Shown here: positions 57,680 to 64,000 of the stretch, one piece after another
How the letters are laid out: each line of letters begins with the position of its first letter
Numbering within the stretch: position 1 is the first letter of the stretch
Assembly: GCA_951406725.2 (NCBI GenBank)
Contig: OX597824.1
Coordinates: 16,492,001 to 16,556,000 of the forward strand
Direction of reading: 5' to 3'
Length of the DNA stretch: 64,000 bases
Origin: Octopus vulgaris
Lineage: Eukaryota
Program-made: the position numbers and the translations under genes
The notes under the pieces: generated by a model
The model's database searches: none
What the model was told of the DNA's origin: nothing
Seen by the model: the letters and a program-made list of their open reading frames with translations, nothing else

Positions 57680-57887
57680 TTGTGTGTCTGTGTTTGTCCT
57701 CCCAACATCGCTTGAAAACCGATGCTGGTGTGTTTACGTCCCCGTAACGTAGCGGTTCGGCAAAAAGAGACCGATAGAATAAGTACTTGGCTTACAAAGA
57801 ATAAGTCCTGGGGTCGATTTGCTCGACTAAAGGCGGTGCTCCAGCATGGCCACAGTCAAATGACTGAAACAATTAAAAGAGAGTAAA
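57429..57887 (+). mobile_element. Full-length SINE family A
   Basis: tRNA-like head, internal (TA)(TG), taaaaga tail. Confidence 0.93.
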
Positions 57888-58090
57888 GCGAGGAAAAGAG
57901 ACGAAAACCAAAGCTGTGCACAGACAGAAGCAGTTATGTGCTTGATAGGAAGAATTCATTACGTTAGTCAAAACTGACGGTATGCTTAGTCAAAAATGAC
58001 CCTCAGCTTCACAAACATCGACACAAGTCAAAACTTTGCCTAACACCTAATTAAGCGTTGACTCTGGTGATAAATAATAGTAATAATTGA

Positions 58091-58507
58091 GAATCTTTTC
58101 GGTTTGAACGGCAGTTTTTAACATAATTTCTAGGTAACTAAAAAATTTTAAACTTCGTATACTGGTAGAATGTGTTTATAAAACATCTTTTTCTGTTGGC
58201 TGTATTGAGAAAATTCTATAGTTTGTAAGATATTTGTTGTTTTTTTCTTTAATTTCTGCAATTTCAACCAATCAATGACCGTCTATTGAGGTGAAAACAT
58301 TCTGTGCCGTATTAATATGTCCCTCGTTTAAGAAACAGATTGGGTTTATTTACTTCTGTGAAGAAAAAAAATATACCCTTCTCCCCATCCCTAACCCTAA
58401 CCCTAAAACAGATTGAAATGCAGTAGATCGATACTAGGGTCATAATTATGGGTGACAATTTCATATGACACCGCTAGAAAAAACTGCTGTTCAAACCGAA
58501 AAGATCC
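58091..58507. mobile_element. MITE with ~28-bp TIRs and 8-bp TSD (Merlin-like termini)
   Basis: gaatcttttcggtttgaacggcagtttt...aaaactgctgttcaaaccgaaaagatcc; ataattga on both sides. Confidence 0.88.
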
Positions 58508-59179
58508 ATAATTGACACTAGTAATAATCGATTTTGTTTTCCGGACAAAGGTAGTCTGTTGCCTGGCCAAAAACATATGGTTATTATATTACGGTTAGTG
58601 ATATTATTAAGCAGAAAATTTCCAGTCGTGAAAATAATGCGCTCGGTGCATTAGGAAGTGTGGGTTAGGGAGAGGAAGCGGAGGCATGGTGGGAGTGATA
58701 GTGTGGTCGAGAGACGAGACCGAGACGAACATCTAATCCACAAAACTCTTTTGAAGACGGACGATTATCCTTCCATTTCAAGATGGCTGACTGGAGATTT
58801 CTGTGACATAAAGTAGTGAAACAACACATAACAATAAAATACACACTCGGTCCTCGCTTAAACCACTACAAACTCAACCTTATCCCTCATCTGATAATAC
58901 CTCACCCCACAACACTAATTTTCCCTTCATCTTCCTTTGATCATTTTTTTTTTTATTTTTACATATATATTTTTTTTTCTTTTTCAATTTTTGTTTTATT
59001 ATTTTTTCTGTCTTTCGAATCTTCCGTATCTTTATATTTTGCATTTGCACCATCTTTTCCTTATTTTCGTCATCTTTTCCTTATTTTCCAACTTTTTATC
59101 CCTTTGCTACGCTCCTTTTACAACTGATTTTTACTTCTTTACTTAAGCGTCTATGCATCCACGTGTCTTCCCGCTTGTT

Positions 59180-60100
<921 letters not shown>

Positions 60101-60704
60101 ATTCGCATACCTACACGTAGATACATACATAAACGCATTTATACGCTCACACACACAAAAACATACACATAAACACACAAACATTTCCATACGTACACAT
60201 AACTCCCATTTTTACATCCCTAGCTTACTCTTTATCCGTCCACTTTATTCTCTTTCCTCCGTTCTATTTACCCCCATCTTCGCTATTTTAATATCATATA
60301 TAATTTTATTTTATTTTACTTTTGTCCCCCAAAGTTTTTTTATCTTATTTCATCATTTCTTTCACCATCCAAAACACTTTGCTTTTTTTCCGCATTTTTT
60401 TTTTACATCAGACTCTTCTATATTTTTCGCAACACTGATTCGAAAAGAACTTCTAGTGTCCCACTCCACAACCTAACATCTAAACTTACCTTGAACCCTT
60501 TCACTCAACCTTGCCAAAAAAACCCTTTAAAACCTATTTTATACTCTCTTACCTCACTGATCCGCCATATTTGAGCTTATATTTTGGGCGATTTTTCTTT
60601 TCTTTTTTTTTCTTTTTGATTTGATTTGACTTAGAATTTTTTTTATCTTTCGCTGCTCTTGCACCCATTCTCGGTATATCTGTTATTTTGCGATGTTTAC
60701 CATT

Positions 60705-62497
<1,793 letters not shown>

Positions 62498-62516
62498 GGG
62501 GGGGGGAGAATTCATG

Positions 62517-62672
62517 AAAAAAACAAAAGACGAAGACAGGTGGTGTAGAAAACAAACAGATGTATTAGTATAACGCTCAGGAATTGAAAAAAGTCTTTAA
62601 CGTTTCGAGCCTACGCTCTTCTACAGAAAGGAACACAGAAAGAAACAAGGAGAGAAAAATGTGTGTAGTAGC
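62517..62672. mobile_element. Element H (pseudo-LTR-like) between TA-rich tracts
   Basis: Homolog at 45143; minus strand gaagagcgtaggctcgaaacgt. Confidence 0.8.
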
Positions 62673-63417
62673 TACATATATATATATTTATCTACATGTC
62701 TATCTGTCTATCTACACATGCACACACACAAATATATATGCGATTGTATATGCGTGCGTGCGTGTGTCTGTGTGTACTGAACAAAATGACACCTTTACCA
62801 CTTGTGTTCACAGATTCTTCAAAATTTTCCCATTTTATCAGAAATCTAAATGTGTTGCTTCGAATCTCTACAGTTCTCACCTACATAAATTGTAAGTACA
62901 TGATAAGCCTATCTAATTTAATTTAAGTTAGTTTTAATTAAATTTAATTTAATCCGTAGCGCCCACTTTATTCATCATCTTTTTACCACGATTATCATTC
63001 CATATATTTCTGTGATATTTTTATTTACCTTGCTTATTATAAATCCAACACTTCCTCGAATTCTGCGCAATTCCATATTCCACAATTCTTAATTTTACCC
63101 TGCTTATAATTCCAATGCAGCAATTTAACTAAATATCGTTCCCTAACGACCGTATGACACATTTTAGCAACCACATGCGTATTCTTAGCTAAGGTACTAA
63201 CTCTAAGATCTTTCTGTGTTTTCGTCTCTATTACTCCTCGAAGTGAATACGTCTGCAACAATTTACCTGTGTGTAGTTGTATACGTGTGTGAGGTTGGCC
63301 GTGTGTGTGTGGTTCTATGTTTCTGTATATGTGTGTGTATCATAATACAACCTGATACAATTTGCTTGCCTGTCTCTAATTTTACTTTATTATACACACA
63401 CACATACATATAATAGA

Positions 63418-63551
<134 letters not shown>

Positions 63552-64000
63552 CTACATACAAAAATGAGACAAGAACGCAAAACATCCAGACAGTAATGTG
63601 AACAAAAACGGAAAACAAAATATCCAGACAGACGATACAAGGAAAACGAGGACGGATCATTCGGAGTTTTATATCCTCAGTCGAGTTCCAGATTATGCTC
63701 CAATCTGGCCAGCACCAAGGAAAAATAAGCTAAGAGCATTACATTTCTTGGAAGAAAGCAACGAATGTATAAGAAATAAGGAAGGACCCACCTCCCCAGA
63801 AATTTTACACAAATATAAATAACAGGACATAACAACATGTGTCTTTCGACTAAGGACGAATTAAATCTAGCTGGCGTCTGTGGAAATAAAGCCTTACGGC
63901 AGGGACATATATATATATATATGTTTTTGTTACCATTTTTACGCCTCCGCAAAAATATCTCAAATTTTATTCAATTTGATTTTCGCGGGAAGGAATGTTT

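Noticed and set aside
58389-58406. Interstitial telomere or chromosome fusion scar
   Set aside because: Only three units, and they lie inside a MITE.
60545-60700. Minus-strand exon ending GAG|GTAAGA (similar donor at ~48005)
   Set aside because: Donor-like motif only; weak acceptor, low-complexity Lys-rich translation, no supporting neighbouring exons.

Overview
Eukaryotic, AT-rich, extremely microsatellite-dense non-coding DNA (intronic or intergenic). The SINE families, Penelope-type fragments and simple-repeat load look like an octopus/coleoid cephalopod genome; this is inferred from recalled repeat consensuses, not from a search. No intact host gene was found, and nearly all long ORFs are translations of simple repeats. 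Recognisable content: at least four tRNA-derived SINE families in many copies; decayed L1/Tx1, CR1/L2, RTE, R4/Dong and Penelope retroelements; Tc1 and mariner transposase relics; piggyBac-, mariner- and Merlin-like MITEs; two Helitron-like elements; and local duplications. Three things stand out. (1) Several short, mostly (TA)n-embedded elements carry minimal hammerhead-ribozyme motifs (one with an apparently compensated A3-U8 core) and/or long near-perfect hairpins, consistent with Penelope pseudo-LTR derivatives. (2) One SINE occurs as head-truncated 3-5-mers with a shared junction, each array inside a single target-site duplication. (3) A 32-bp minisatellite is arranged as a fold-back palindrome. 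All coordinates were read by eye.
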